In this document: in pieces, positions 34,123 through 43,750 of the stretch | How positions within the stretch are numbered: position 1 is the stretch's first letter | Layout of the letters: every line of letters starts with the position of its first letter | Source of the DNA: Candidatus Thorarchaeota archaeon | Lineage (GTDB): Archaea > Asgardarchaeota > Thorarchaeia > Thorarchaeales > Thorarchaeaceae | Direction of reading: 5' to 3' | NCBI GenBank assembly: GCA_029855935.1 | Contig: JAGSHN010000031.1 | Span: forward strand, 73,650 to 137,649 | Length of the DNA: 64,000 bases | Made by a program: the position numbers and the translations under genes | The notes under the pieces: model-generated | Told to the model about the DNA's origin: nothing | What the model saw: only the letters and a program-made list of their open reading frames with translations | Database searches by the model: none

Positions 34123-35715
34123 ATGACCAAGACCACTCTCACGTTTCAGGAACTCAAGCGGATATCGGACCGCGAGATAAGGGAGATGCAAGATCGGAAG
34201 TTCAGGGCGTTCATCAGGTATCAAGTGTGGCCCAACCACCCCTACTACAGACATCTGTTCAAGGAGAACAACATAGACCCGTTCAATATCACCTGCATGC
34301 GAGACTGGGAGAAGTATCAGATCCCCCTTGTCCGTAAGGTCGACTACAAGGACCACATCCGGGAGTTCGTGCTCAATCCGATGGAGGAGGACGGAAAGGA
34401 ACGCGACCCTGCCAACATCGTGAAGAGTGTGATGGCCTATGCGAAGGCCTCCGGCAAGAGTGACCTGTACGCATTCCTTCGGAACAACGGTATCCGTGTG
34501 AAGCTACATATCGGCGCAGATGCGGCAATGGAACGAATCAAGGAGAGACTTGCCTATCTGTACAGCCCACTCCAGTTCTGGCTCAGTTCAGGCCGTGCCT
34601 CCGGTATGCCGGCCCCCGTATTTCTCACTCGGTACGACAATGACCTTCTGTATCGCAACTGCGTGAAGGTGGGACAGATGGCCGTCGATCCGTGGGTGGG
34701 GACCGGATGGAAGCTTGTCAGTATGAACTTGTTTCCGTACGCACCGCATCTTGGTTGGCACGCTGTCAACATGGGCCTGAAACAGATGTCCGAGTTCTAC
34801 GTGGCGACAAGCGCTGGCGGTGCAATTCCGACGCCCAAGCTCGTCGAGATTGCCAAGCTATTCAAGGTGAACGGCTTTGCAGGGATGCCCAGCTATCTCA
34901 GGAACCGCTTCTTCAGAGCGATGAAAGAGATGGACTATGAGGCCCCAGAGAAGGTGGTCGTCCTGCTGGCGGGCGAGAAGATCTATCCGCCGGTCGTGGA
35001 CGACATCGTGGACACGCTGACCAGCAAGGGTGCCAAGGAGGTCCGTGTCGTCGGCGGCTATGCGTCGTCGGAGAGTAAGATCTCGTTCGCTGTGCAGTGC
35101 TCCTACGAAGGTCCATACCACAATGTCAGTCCTCTGATTCTCTCATTCGAGTTCGTCCGGGTCAATGACGATGGTTCGTGGGAGTTTGTGGACGACGACG
35201 AGCCGGGTCACGTGACGCTCTTCCATCTCGACGGCACTGGCACGGTCTTTGAGGGATTCCTGCTTGGTGACATCTCAAGTCGCCACGAGCGGGGTTGCTG
35301 CCCGATCTGCGGAATGGAGGGACCCTTCTTCTGGGACATCGGCCGACAGAACGACGTTGAGGCCCAGATCGACATAATGGGCATCAGCGAGAAGAAGATC
35401 AAGGGGGCAACAGTCAATCTCACAGCGCTGAGGACCGACCTGTTGAGCATAGACGGCATAGAGGAGCTCCAGATAGAGATTGCAAAGGAGGACCCCAACG
35501 ACCCCTACAGCATGGATGTCCTCAACATCTATGTCGCGTTGTACGGTGGGGCCGAAGGACGGAGAGACGAGATAGTCAGAGAGGTGCAGCAGGTGACTAA
35601 GAATGCTGCCGAGATCACTCCGCGCGTATTTGTCATATCCTTCGAGGAGCTGATCGAGCGAAGCGGTGGAATGAAGTTCATGGAGATCAGCGACGTCAGA
35701 CCCCGCCCCGCATAG
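34123..35715 (+). CDS. Phenylacetate-CoA ligase/F390 synthetase-like adenylate-forming (ANL) enzyme
   Basis: HPYYR, IPLVRK, SSG-x2-SG-x-P, LAGE, GYASSE, LGD, KIKGATV. Confidence 0.75.
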   Translation: MTKTTLTFQELKRISDREIREMQDRKFRAFIRYQVWPNHPYYRHLFKENNIDPFNITCMRDWEKYQIPLVRKVDYKDHIREFVLNPMEEDGKERDPANIVKSVMAYAKASGKSDLYAFLRNNGIRVKLHIGADAAMERIKERLAYLYSPLQFWLSSGRASGMPAPVFLTRYDNDLLYRNCVKVGQMAVDPWVGTGWKLVSMNLFPYAPHLGWHAVNMGLKQMSEFYVATSAGGAIPTPKLVEIAKLFKVNGFAGMPSYLRNRFFRAMKEMDYEAPEKVVVLLAGEKIYPPVVDDIVDTLTSKGAKEVRVVGGYASSESKISFAVQCSYEGPYHNVSPLILSFEFVRVNDDGSWEFVDDDEPGHVTLFHLDGTGTVFEGFLLGDISSRHERGCCPICGMEGPFFWDIGRQNDVEAQIDIMGISEKKIKGATVNLTALRTDLLSIDGIEELQIEIAKEDPNDPYSMDVLNIYVALYGGAEGRRDEIVREVQQVTKNAAEITPRVFVISFEELIERSGGMKFMEISDVRPRPA

Positions 35716-35779
35716 TGATAGGGAATAGGGGAAAGGATATTACGCGGTCCGACGCAGTCCAGAACTAGAGGAGTTCACA

Positions 35780-36742
35780 ATGGCAATCGACTTCGGTCCG
35801 GATGATGCCCGTGGATGGGTGGCACCTGAGGAAGAGGCTCTGATACAGCAGATGAAGGTCGGTGCCTTGGAGATGGTGCAGCGAACCTTCACGGTCTGGT
35901 TCAGACGGGTGCTCGACTATATCCTGGCCTGCGGCATAATCATAGCCGCCTTGCACCTGACAGCTGGTGTCGTCGTTGTCAGCATTTTTGGTATGACTAT
36001 GGAGGCACAGCAGGCCATATCAGTCGTCTCTCTCGATCCCTCATCGGTGGTGGTGAGTCTCTACGCACTGATCATTGAACAGAGCCCGTTGGTGCCCTAT
36101 GCGATTGTCCTCGGAGTGACAGCAATCATCATCGGCGCGCTGGCCTCCGGAGCCGCCGTGCGACTGGTCCTGTGGGACTATGGCAATCCAGGTCAGGGAA
36201 CCGTCCAGGAGAGCGTGTCCTGGTCGGCATCGAACCTGCCACGAGTGGCTGGCACCATGGTCGCTGTCGGAGTGATCACTGGTGGACTCAATGCGCCTCT
36301 TCGTACTCTGATCTCACAGATTCAGGGCCTGAGCGAAGTTCAGATGATGCAGTTCCTCATCGACAACAGTCGACTGTTCCTGCTCGCCTTTGTACTTGTG
36401 ATTGTGGGGATATACATCTCGATCCGTATGTTGCCGGTGGTCGCTGCATTGATATACGAGGACACGGGAATTGCAGATGCACTCAAGCGAAGTTACGAGC
36501 TGACATCCGGCGCCTTCTGGCACACTGTGGGATCATACCTCGCACTGGCTATAGCAGTGGGGATTGTGAACTACTTTCTGAGTCTGATTGTGGGGTCACT
36601 GTTGTACGCTGTGTATATGGGATCCGTCATCACATATGCCATCGTCACTATGCTGACGGGACCAGTCTACTACGTGTACGTCGGTATTCTCTACCGAGAC
36701 CTCAGGGCACGAGAGGAGATCCGACAACAGCAGTTCTGGTAG
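35780..36742 (+). CDS. Polytopic membrane protein of unknown function
   Basis: About 6 TM; EDTGIADALKRSYELTSGAFW and LYRDLRAR motifs typical of a widespread membrane family. Confidence 0.75.
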   Translation: MAIDFGPDDARGWVAPEEEALIQQMKVGALEMVQRTFTVWFRRVLDYILACGIIIAALHLTAGVVVVSIFGMTMEAQQAISVVSLDPSSVVVSLYALIIEQSPLVPYAIVLGVTAIIIGALASGAAVRLVLWDYGNPGQGTVQESVSWSASNLPRVAGTMVAVGVITGGLNAPLRTLISQIQGLSEVQMMQFLIDNSRLFLLAFVLVIVGIYISIRMLPVVAALIYEDTGIADALKRSYELTSGAFWHTVGSYLALAIAVGIVNYFLSLIVGSLLYAVYMGSVITYAIVTMLTGPVYYVYVGILYRDLRAREEIRQQQFW

Positions 36743-36814
36743 AGCACCACCGGTATCGTACTACGCAACAGGTCCTCACGTCTGGCCCCGTATCGTGAGG
36801 GCCTGTCCTATTTG

Positions 36815-37333
36815 TCACTGTTGGGATTCTCTCTCCTCTGGTTCATCGGTGAGAATGCGCTCATACATCTGCACAAGCATCCCCTCATCCTGCTCATAGG
36901 GCTCTCCCCACGGGCGAAAGCCGAACTTCTTCATAAGCCGCTCTCCAATCTTGTGGCCAACGAGGATGTTGCAGTAGTTTCTCTTTAGACCGTGAGCACG
37001 CGCATACTCAGCAAACTGGATGTACATCGCTGATGCCAAGCCCGAGGCACGACACTCTGGGCTCACTGTCTGGTGCTCGCCATATAGGCCCTTGTCGGTG
37101 ATCTTGGCCTTGTAGACACCAACTATCCTCCCATTCAGTCTGGCGCCAAAGTAGTGGTATCCGGCACGCATCTCGTCGATGATCTGTTGGGGGGAGTACA
37201 TCCGCTTGCGTCTCCACGACTCAGGATAGTCGGTCTCGAGAGGCCAGACTTGGTGGAACAGCTGCGATATCTCTTCCGCGTCCTCCTCGGTGAACTCGAC
37301 TATGCGTATGTCCTCAGCAGGAATGTGCGCCAT
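36815..37333 (-). CDS. GNAT-family acetyltransferase
   Basis: GRIVG, VSPECRASGLASAM (motif A), KKFGF; ATG 37333. Confidence 0.8.
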   Translation of the reverse strand: MAHIPAEDIRIVEFTEEDAEEISQLFHQVWPLETDYPESWRRKRMYSPQQIIDEMRAGYHYFGARLNGRIVGVYKAKITDKGLYGEHQTVSPECRASGLASAMYIQFAEYARAHGLKRNYCNILVGHKIGERLMKKFGFRPWGEPYEQDEGMLVQMYERILTDEPEERESQQ

Positions 37334-37428
37334 ACGACAGGTCCTCTTCGGTCTGCTCGTCCAACCGCTATGTTTCCGACCATAGATAAACACTCAGTTG
37401 GTGCCCTAGGCACAGGAACGAGCCGTGC

Positions 37429-38541
37429 CTACTGCGAGGCAGCCCAGTCGAATGCCTCCTGTATTGGGGTGCAGCCCCCGCACTTGTGACAGCCTGCTCT
37501 TGTGCGGTCGGGATTCAGTCCCTCGTCACGGAGGATCTCACCGACACGCTTGTAGAAGTGGATCGTCTCGCTCATGTCACTCAGATACGACGGTGTGCTG
37601 TCAGCCAGCTGACTGCCTGAGGCTGGTCTGAATGGCGTCACGACGGGGAGAACACCAGCCTCAGCAATCTGACGAATTCCTTCGAGCGTCAAACTGGAGT
37701 CCTCTCCCAGGCCGTGCAGAATGAAGGTGCTGGCATTACCCCTGCCAAAGACAGACACCGCACGCTCCCACGCGCGCCTGTAGAGATCAATGGGGCCGTA
37801 GCCGTACTTACCAGGACAGATCAGCCTCCGTATGCGCTCATCAGTCGTCTCCAGATGAATACCTGCCGCGTCTGCACCCGCTGCAGCCAGCTCGTCAATG
37901 AGATTCAGGTCCTGAGGAGGCTCGAACTGGACACCGATAGGGAGATCCGAGACCCTCCGGATAGCGGTCACGAGCCGGATGAGACGTCCAATCCCAACAT
38001 CCTCCGAGTCAGGCGTTCCAGTTGTTATGAGGATGTTGCGGATGACGCCCTCTGCCTCAGCGGCCTGAACCACCTCCGCAAGCTGCTCGGGAGTCTTCTC
38101 AAGAATGGTATCGCCCGCATTCAATGAAGTGGGTATCGTACAGAACTTGCACTGTGCGCCACGAGTCCAGTAGCGACACTGCTGATACGCTGTTGTGGCC
38201 AGCGTCTCGGAACCGTGCAGCAGGGCGATCTTGAAGTAGGGAACACCATCTGCTGTCTTCAGGTCGTAGAACTTTGGGCGCGGCACTGCTCGGAGGCGAT
38301 ATCTCCCATCATAGACCCAGACCATCGGATCATCTGTGGGAGTCAGTGGCGCCGAGTTGAATCTTGTCGCCGCGTCACCGCGGCGCAGTGGCACACCAAC
38401 GGGCCGCCCGTTGGGCAATACAAAGTATCGTGCCCCTACTGGGCCAGCACCGCCTCTTCTTGCGCCTGACACATCCTCAGGAACAGCAGCACCCTGGGTC
38501 AGAAGCCTGACCTTCAGAGTGAGCAACTCTTCAGCGTTCAT
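37429..38541 (-). CDS. Radical SAM protein, MSMEG_0568/NitD-like family
   Basis: RRGGAGP, TADGVPYFKIALLHG, C-x8-CKFC, ITTGTP, C-terminal AGCHKCGGC. Confidence 0.82.
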   Translation of the reverse strand: MNAEELLTLKVRLLTQGAAVPEDVSGARRGGAGPVGARYFVLPNGRPVGVPLRRGDAATRFNSAPLTPTDDPMVWVYDGRYRLRAVPRPKFYDLKTADGVPYFKIALLHGSETLATTAYQQCRYWTRGAQCKFCTIPTSLNAGDTILEKTPEQLAEVVQAAEAEGVIRNILITTGTPDSEDVGIGRLIRLVTAIRRVSDLPIGVQFEPPQDLNLIDELAAAGADAAGIHLETTDERIRRLICPGKYGYGPIDLYRRAWERAVSVFGRGNASTFILHGLGEDSSLTLEGIRQIAEAGVLPVVTPFRPASGSQLADSTPSYLSDMSETIHFYKRVGEILRDEGLNPDRTRAGCHKCGGCTPIQEAFDWAASQ

Positions 38542-38598
38542 TGTCGATACTGGCGTATTCTCGCCTATTATGGACTACCGTTGTGGCCATTGCGTCAT

Positions 38599-39705
38599 TC
38601 ATTTCCCGCCGATTGCGTCCGCGACCAGTTCGGGTAGGTCGATCACACGCACCCTGCCACCACTCGCGTCCTCAAGCATGTCCTTGCAGAACGGACACGC
38701 CGTGACGAGAGTCTCGGCCCCGACATCGAGCGCCTGCTGTACTCTCGCCTCGCCAATAGTGCGTGCGCGATCCGGTCGCAGAGTGCGTAGGCCCGCCCCA
38801 TTGCCGCAGCACATAGCATTGTCTCCGTGACGCTCCATCTCTCTGAGAGACTCAGTGCTCACTCTCTCAATGACTGTGCGAGGCGCATCAAGAACGCCCA
38901 TATGACGGGCCAGATGGCACGGGTCGTGATACGTGACGGCACCGAGATTCGAGGCCTGCGGTAGGTGCTCCGCATGCTCGGCGAGGACCTCACTGATGTG
39001 AAGGACTGGAACCTTGAGTTCAAGCCCTCGCTCGGAGTAGTCTGACTTGAGGACACGATAGCATCCCGGGCAGGACACGACTATGGCCTCAGCGTCCATC
39101 CCGTTGAGCACGGTAACATTATGTCTCGCCTGTTCAAGGGCAGTATCCTCTTGGCCCGTCCTGAAGAGGGGTGAGCCGCAACACCATTCGTCGGGGGTCA
39201 CAACAACTGCATAGCCCAGCGCGCTGAGGACCGCCACTGTGGCCCGAGCAATCTCCTGATGCCGATACGCCGAGGTGCAGCCCGTGAAATAGATGACCCT
39301 GCGCCCCTCCTGTGGGGACACGTGAAGCCAGTCAGTCCTTCTCTCGTGCGGCTCGCCGTAGGGATTGTGATGCGTCCTGACGAGGTCTGCAAGCCGGACA
39401 ATCTCCGATGGCGCCCGTCCCTCCGCGACAATCCGTCTGCGTGTGACCTCAACGATTGTTGCGATGTCTATGCCGGTCTTGCAGAGGGTGAGGCAGTTAC
39501 TGCACTCAAGGCACTCATAGAGCACCTCGATACTTCGGGCATCAAGGGGACGGTCCCCACAGGCCTCATAGTGGAGCAGGAGTGCTCTGCCGTGGGGAGT
39601 GGGAACGTCGGACCTCCAAGCGAGAAAAGTTGGGCACACATGCCTGCACATCTTCGGACAGGCTGCGCACATCCGGACCTGCTCTGCCAACTCCTCTTGG
39701 TTCAA
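38599..39705 (-). CDS. 4Fe-4S dicluster + CCG-domain protein (HdrD/GlpC-like)
   Basis: CAACPKMCRHVCP, CLECSNC-x3-C, WCCGSP, YHDPCHL, CCGNG, TACPFC; TTG 39705. Confidence 0.88.
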   Translation of the reverse strand: MNQEELAEQVRMCAACPKMCRHVCPTFLAWRSDVPTPHGRALLLHYEACGDRPLDARSIEVLYECLECSNCLTLCKTGIDIATIVEVTRRRIVAEGRAPSEIVRLADLVRTHHNPYGEPHERRTDWLHVSPQEGRRVIYFTGCTSAYRHQEIARATVAVLSALGYAVVVTPDEWCCGSPLFRTGQEDTALEQARHNVTVLNGMDAEAIVVSCPGCYRVLKSDYSERGLELKVPVLHISEVLAEHAEHLPQASNLGAVTYHDPCHLARHMGVLDAPRTVIERVSTESLREMERHGDNAMCCGNGAGLRTLRPDRARTIGEARVQQALDVGAETLVTACPFCKDMLEDASGGRVRVIDLPELVADAIGGK

Positions 39706-39707
39706 TG

Positions 39708-41132
39708 TCAGTCCCCCTTGAGACCAAGCTTGTCTGGATTGAGAATGCCGTTCGGATCCAGCACGGCCTTTATCCTTCTCAGGACATCGAAGGATGTTCC
39801 CAGCTCTGGCTCCGTGTACGTGCTTCTCCATAGACCCACTCCGTGCTGGTGACTCATCGTCCCGCCCTCACGAAGACAGGCCTCGACGCCATCGTCCCAT
39901 ATCTGTTTGTATCTCTCCCAGGCAGACTCGGCGTCCGGCATCGAGACAAAGAAGATCATGTAGATACTACCTCCGTTCTGATACATGTGTGAGAAGTGGG
40001 CGAGCACAATGGCGTCGTGTGACTCCATGACCTCCTTCATCGCCCAGTACACTCTCTCCAGCCTGTCGTATGTGGCAACAACGTCTATGGTGTCACCGAT
40101 GGAGTATCCCCCGGTGGTCAATGGTGTCGGATAGTACATGTCGTATCGATGTTCCCACCAGTGACGGGAGGGACCCTCTCCAACATCTCGCCCTCCGGCC
40201 TCCTTGCATACACGACTCGCGACCTTGTCATCGAGGTCCACCTGCTCTCTGGAGCCATCAAAGGCGAGCAGAAGAAGACATTCCCCATCACCGACGTCGA
40301 ACTTGCCGGTGAATGTGAATGCAGTGTCCTCCGGGTCATAGAGCCGGACGATTGATGGTGTCACTCCCTTGCGGAAGATGAGCCGTATCGCCTCAAGCCC
40401 CGAATGGATATCATCGAAGGCGAACGTCCTGAACCTCCGTTCCTCAGGGAGGGGAAATAGTCTGAGTGTGGCCTCTGTGATGACACAGAGCGTGCCCTCC
40501 GAACCGATAAAGAGCTGTCTCAGGTCCGGCCCGACAGAGTGACGTGGAACGGCCTTGCAGTCCACGATCGTACCATCGGCAAGCACAACTCTTAGTCCCA
40601 AGGTGAGATCCTCAATCTTCCCGTACAACGAGGACATCGAACCGCCTGAACGTGTGGCAAGGAAACCGCCCACAGTGGAGGCCCTCATAGAGGATGGAGT
40701 GTGGCCTGTCGTGTATCCCAGACGATTGACAGCACCCTCCAAGTCAATTCCGACCACACCAGCCTCCACGGTTACGGTCATAGAGCTGTGATCAATGGAG
40801 AGAATCCTGTCCATGCGCTTGAGGTCGAGCTGAATACCCCCGCGAGTGGGTAGTGTGCCACCGCAGACACCAGCTCCGCCGCCGACTGGGACCACAGGAA
40901 TCCGAAGCCTGTTGGCGACCTTGAGGACCTCCGCGACCTCCTCTGTCGAACCCGGGTACACGACCATATCCGCCAGTGGCAACCTCTCGCAGGCGCGAAT
41001 CTTTGCCTCGCTTAGCGGCCAGGCATCGTGGGCATTGAGGAGGCGGTCCGTCTCGGTGAGCCATATGTTCTTCGCGCCCACTATCTCAGAGATGAGTTGT
41101 GCAACGTGCTGTCTCATCTTCTCATCAAGCAT
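39708..41132 (-). CDS. FAD-linked oxidoreductase, alkyl-DHAP synthase (AGPS)-like
   Basis: GHTPSS-x3-STVGG, SSLYGKIED, GPDL-x4-GSEGTL, HFSHMY-x-NG-x2-IY, SHQHGVG, LDPNGILNP. Confidence 0.85.
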   Translation of the reverse strand: MLDEKMRQHVAQLISEIVGAKNIWLTETDRLLNAHDAWPLSEAKIRACERLPLADMVVYPGSTEEVAEVLKVANRLRIPVVPVGGGAGVCGGTLPTRGGIQLDLKRMDRILSIDHSSMTVTVEAGVVGIDLEGAVNRLGYTTGHTPSSMRASTVGGFLATRSGGSMSSLYGKIEDLTLGLRVVLADGTIVDCKAVPRHSVGPDLRQLFIGSEGTLCVITEATLRLFPLPEERRFRTFAFDDIHSGLEAIRLIFRKGVTPSIVRLYDPEDTAFTFTGKFDVGDGECLLLLAFDGSREQVDLDDKVASRVCKEAGGRDVGEGPSRHWWEHRYDMYYPTPLTTGGYSIGDTIDVVATYDRLERVYWAMKEVMESHDAIVLAHFSHMYQNGGSIYMIFFVSMPDAESAWERYKQIWDDGVEACLREGGTMSHQHGVGLWRSTYTEPELGTSFDVLRRIKAVLDPNGILNPDKLGLKGD

Positions 41133-41141
41133 GCCCAGACA

Positions 41142-42377
41142 TCACTCCCCAGAGAGGTATTGAGCAACCAAGACTGTGAGGTCCTCCACATCCATATCCA
41201 CGCCTGCCCTGAAGGCCGCGTTCTCAAGCTGCGCGACACAGAGGGGACACGGAGCGACTGCCCGATCGACCCCGAGTGCCCCTATGGCCTCAACATTGAC
41301 CCGAGTGACAGCATCAGAGGTCTTCGTATCGTGGTGATTGACGAGGCCGCCACCGCCACAGCACGAGTCCTCCACTCCAGAGTGTTTGACTGTCACAGGA
41401 GCAATCAAGTCCAAGAGCCACTCCATATCGTCACCAATGTTGCGGGAAACATGTCGTATCAGATGACACGGTTGATGCACCGCCACCGCCTCCGGTGGGC
41501 CAGTGGCCGCTCTCAGAGTATCTCTCACACGTTCCTCGCCAATCACCTCTCGGAGATACTCCACTATGTGCAGTACCTTAGCGCTCCAATGGTGTGATAC
41601 CGCAATCTCACTCAATCGGGATGTGCAGCCTGCACAGGTCGTGACCACATATTCGACACCGAGTGACCGTACCTGCTCCGTCAGACGTCCCGCCAGCTCC
41701 TCTGCCTGTTCGTCATCGCCGAGAAGCTCCAGTGGAAGACCACAGCAACGCATCTCCTCAAGGAGCGTGTAGTCGACGCGGAAGTGCTCCAGTATCACCT
41801 TGGCTGCCTCACGTATCTCCTGAGCGCGCTCCTCCGCCTGACAGCCCGGATAGTACAGGACCTCAGCATGGTCGGTGATGCGGTCTTCAAACAGCGGTAG
41901 GCCAAGACGCTCGAGCCGCATATCACGGCTGTCAGCCTTGTCCTCAGGGTCCTCCCAAGGCTCGAAGGCCAGTCCGTACTCTCGAACCCTCTCCTGCAGC
42001 TGATGCAGAGGGAGTGGTACGAGGTCTGGCATGGTGCGGAGAATCCTCTTTCGAATCATATTCACGACCGATGGGATGTCGACGTCATTGGGACAGACCT
42101 CCCTGCACGTCCCACAGCCCGTACAGAGGTATATCACATCGGCGTCGGTCCAGAACTCGGGGGGCGAACGGCTAAGACGGACCGCGATGCCCCGAGGACC
42201 GGGGAATCGCATTACGCCCACTGCGGGGATCAGGGGACAGTGGTTCAGACAGACCCCGCAGTTTATGCACTGCTCAACAGACTTTACGATAGGAAGCTCA
42301 GCCTCACTATAAGGCACTATTCGCTCCCGTGACAGAGTCCCGAGAACGAACTGATAGGCCTCCTCCTCGTCGCTCAT
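41142..42377 (-). CDS. glpC: 4Fe-4S + CCG-domain protein, anaerobic G3P dehydrogenase subunit C-like
   Basis: CINCGVC-x3-CP, CTGCGTC-x3-CP, RCCG, HQPCH, SCCGGGG; coupled to glpB. Confidence 0.75.
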   Translation of the reverse strand: MSDEEEAYQFVLGTLSRERIVPYSEAELPIVKSVEQCINCGVCLNHCPLIPAVGVMRFPGPRGIAVRLSRSPPEFWTDADVIYLCTGCGTCREVCPNDVDIPSVVNMIRKRILRTMPDLVPLPLHQLQERVREYGLAFEPWEDPEDKADSRDMRLERLGLPLFEDRITDHAEVLYYPGCQAEERAQEIREAAKVILEHFRVDYTLLEEMRCCGLPLELLGDDEQAEELAGRLTEQVRSLGVEYVVTTCAGCTSRLSEIAVSHHWSAKVLHIVEYLREVIGEERVRDTLRAATGPPEAVAVHQPCHLIRHVSRNIGDDMEWLLDLIAPVTVKHSGVEDSCCGGGGLVNHHDTKTSDAVTRVNVEAIGALGVDRAVAPCPLCVAQLENAAFRAGVDMDVEDLTVLVAQYLSGE

Positions 42378-43747
42378 TACATCACCTCCTTGGTCTCTCG
42401 TGCGGCGTATGTCCCTGCGGTGTGTCCAGTCACCAGAGCCACTCCGAGGCCGCTTTTCTCAGTTTGATAGTTGTACCCTGCAAGTATGGCACCTGCACAG
42501 AAGAGATTCTCGTAGACGACATCACCATCAACACCAACGGGGCGTAGCATCGTATCCGTTCCGACACCACAGGCAAAGACACGATGGCCAGTAGGTGTCA
42601 CACTACGCACTGAGGTGAGGTGGGAGGGACGCTCGTCGCCGACAAGATAGCGTTGCGCGTCAAAGACTGGAAGTCCGAACAGAAACTCTCGTAGACCTGT
42701 CTCATCACCGACTATGCCACCACCAACAAACTTGCCCGTGGCCAGCACAAAGGCGGACGCCGACACTGTGACACTACGACGACGGGAACGAGCAGTCACC
42801 TCTGTGATTCGTCCGTCAGTCACTCGGTGGTCCTGAACCGTGTGGCCCTTGAGTAGTCGTCCGCCCATAGAGACAACCATCCGCTCAAGGGCAGCCTGGA
42901 GCCTGCTTCCCGGTACAGAGGGAGGTACGCCCAGCGTCTCAATCACCCTGCAACCCAGGGCCGTCTCAAGCGACTCTCTGGCCTCGTGGGAATCGACGAC
43001 CCCCATCACGGGTGGTAGCACCACGTGAGTGGCACCCGTGTTGTTGACTATCGGAACCAGTGCATCCGTAAGCTCGGTCCGACCCGCGTCCGTGTCGAGG
43101 TGATGTGCGATCTCGATGGACGACAGGGCTTGACGCTGGGAGAGAGAGCGAAGTTCGACCACCGTGCCGACCACACGGTGAGGGCCCTCACCTGTCGATT
43201 GACACCACTCAGAGTAGGCAGACGAGGCGGCTCGCGGATTGAGGTCGGGAAGACCCCGCAGTCCCACAAAGAGAACAGTGGCATCGGCGTCCGTGGACAT
43301 CGATCCCGTCACCATCGAGCTCTGTAGGAGTGTGGTAGGTTTGACCGTCCCGAGAACGGACACCGGCCACTGAGTCTCGGACACCGACCCTGAGATTTCA
43401 AGCCCTGCAGAGGAGATGCGATCACGGAACCAGTCGATAGCGTCTGATACTTGCGCGACGCTGGCATCTGCGCTTCTGCCCGCATCCGTTGTACCGAGTC
43501 CAATCAGAGTGTAGGGATGCCACGGGTGAAACATGGCCAACGTGTGAACCCCGTCAGCGGGTATCTCGACAGGGAGCACAGCGCCAGGGAGATAGCCCAG
43601 AATATCAATGGCACCTGATGATGACGCTGTCGCGCCGTGTCCACGTGTCACAACAGTCACTGACAGGCCCGCGTCTAGTGCCACGGCCGCAGCGACCAGC
43701 CCAGCCATTCCGCCTCCTATGACAACGACGTCGCTCTCCACCTGCAA
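42377..43747 (-). CDS. glpB: Anaerobic glycerol-3-phosphate dehydrogenase subunit B
   Basis: SSSGAID, GTVKPT, PPSVPGSRL, LATGKF-x-GGG, SGLGVALVTG. Confidence 0.88.
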   Translation of the reverse strand: MQVESDVVVIGGGMAGLVAAAVALDAGLSVTVVTRGHGATASSSGAIDILGYLPGAVLPVEIPADGVHTLAMFHPWHPYTLIGLGTTDAGRSADASVAQVSDAIDWFRDRISSAGLEISGSVSETQWPVSVLGTVKPTTLLQSSMVTGSMSTDADATVLFVGLRGLPDLNPRAASSAYSEWCQSTGEGPHRVVGTVVELRSLSQRQALSSIEIAHHLDTDAGRTELTDALVPIVNNTGATHVVLPPVMGVVDSHEARESLETALGCRVIETLGVPPSVPGSRLQAALERMVVSMGGRLLKGHTVQDHRVTDGRITEVTARSRRRSVTVSASAFVLATGKFVGGGIVGDETGLREFLFGLPVFDAQRYLVGDERPSHLTSVRSVTPTGHRVFACGVGTDTMLRPVGVDGDVVYENLFCAGAILAGYNYQTEKSGLGVALVTGHTAGTYAARETKEVM

Positions 43748-43750
43748 CTA

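Noticed and set aside
37429-38541. Radical SAM as LipS1/LipS2 lipoyl synthase partner of the lipoate ligase
   Set aside because: Lacks the GC(M/A)R/CC and GCPxCxRP motifs; matches MSMEG_0568-type motifs instead
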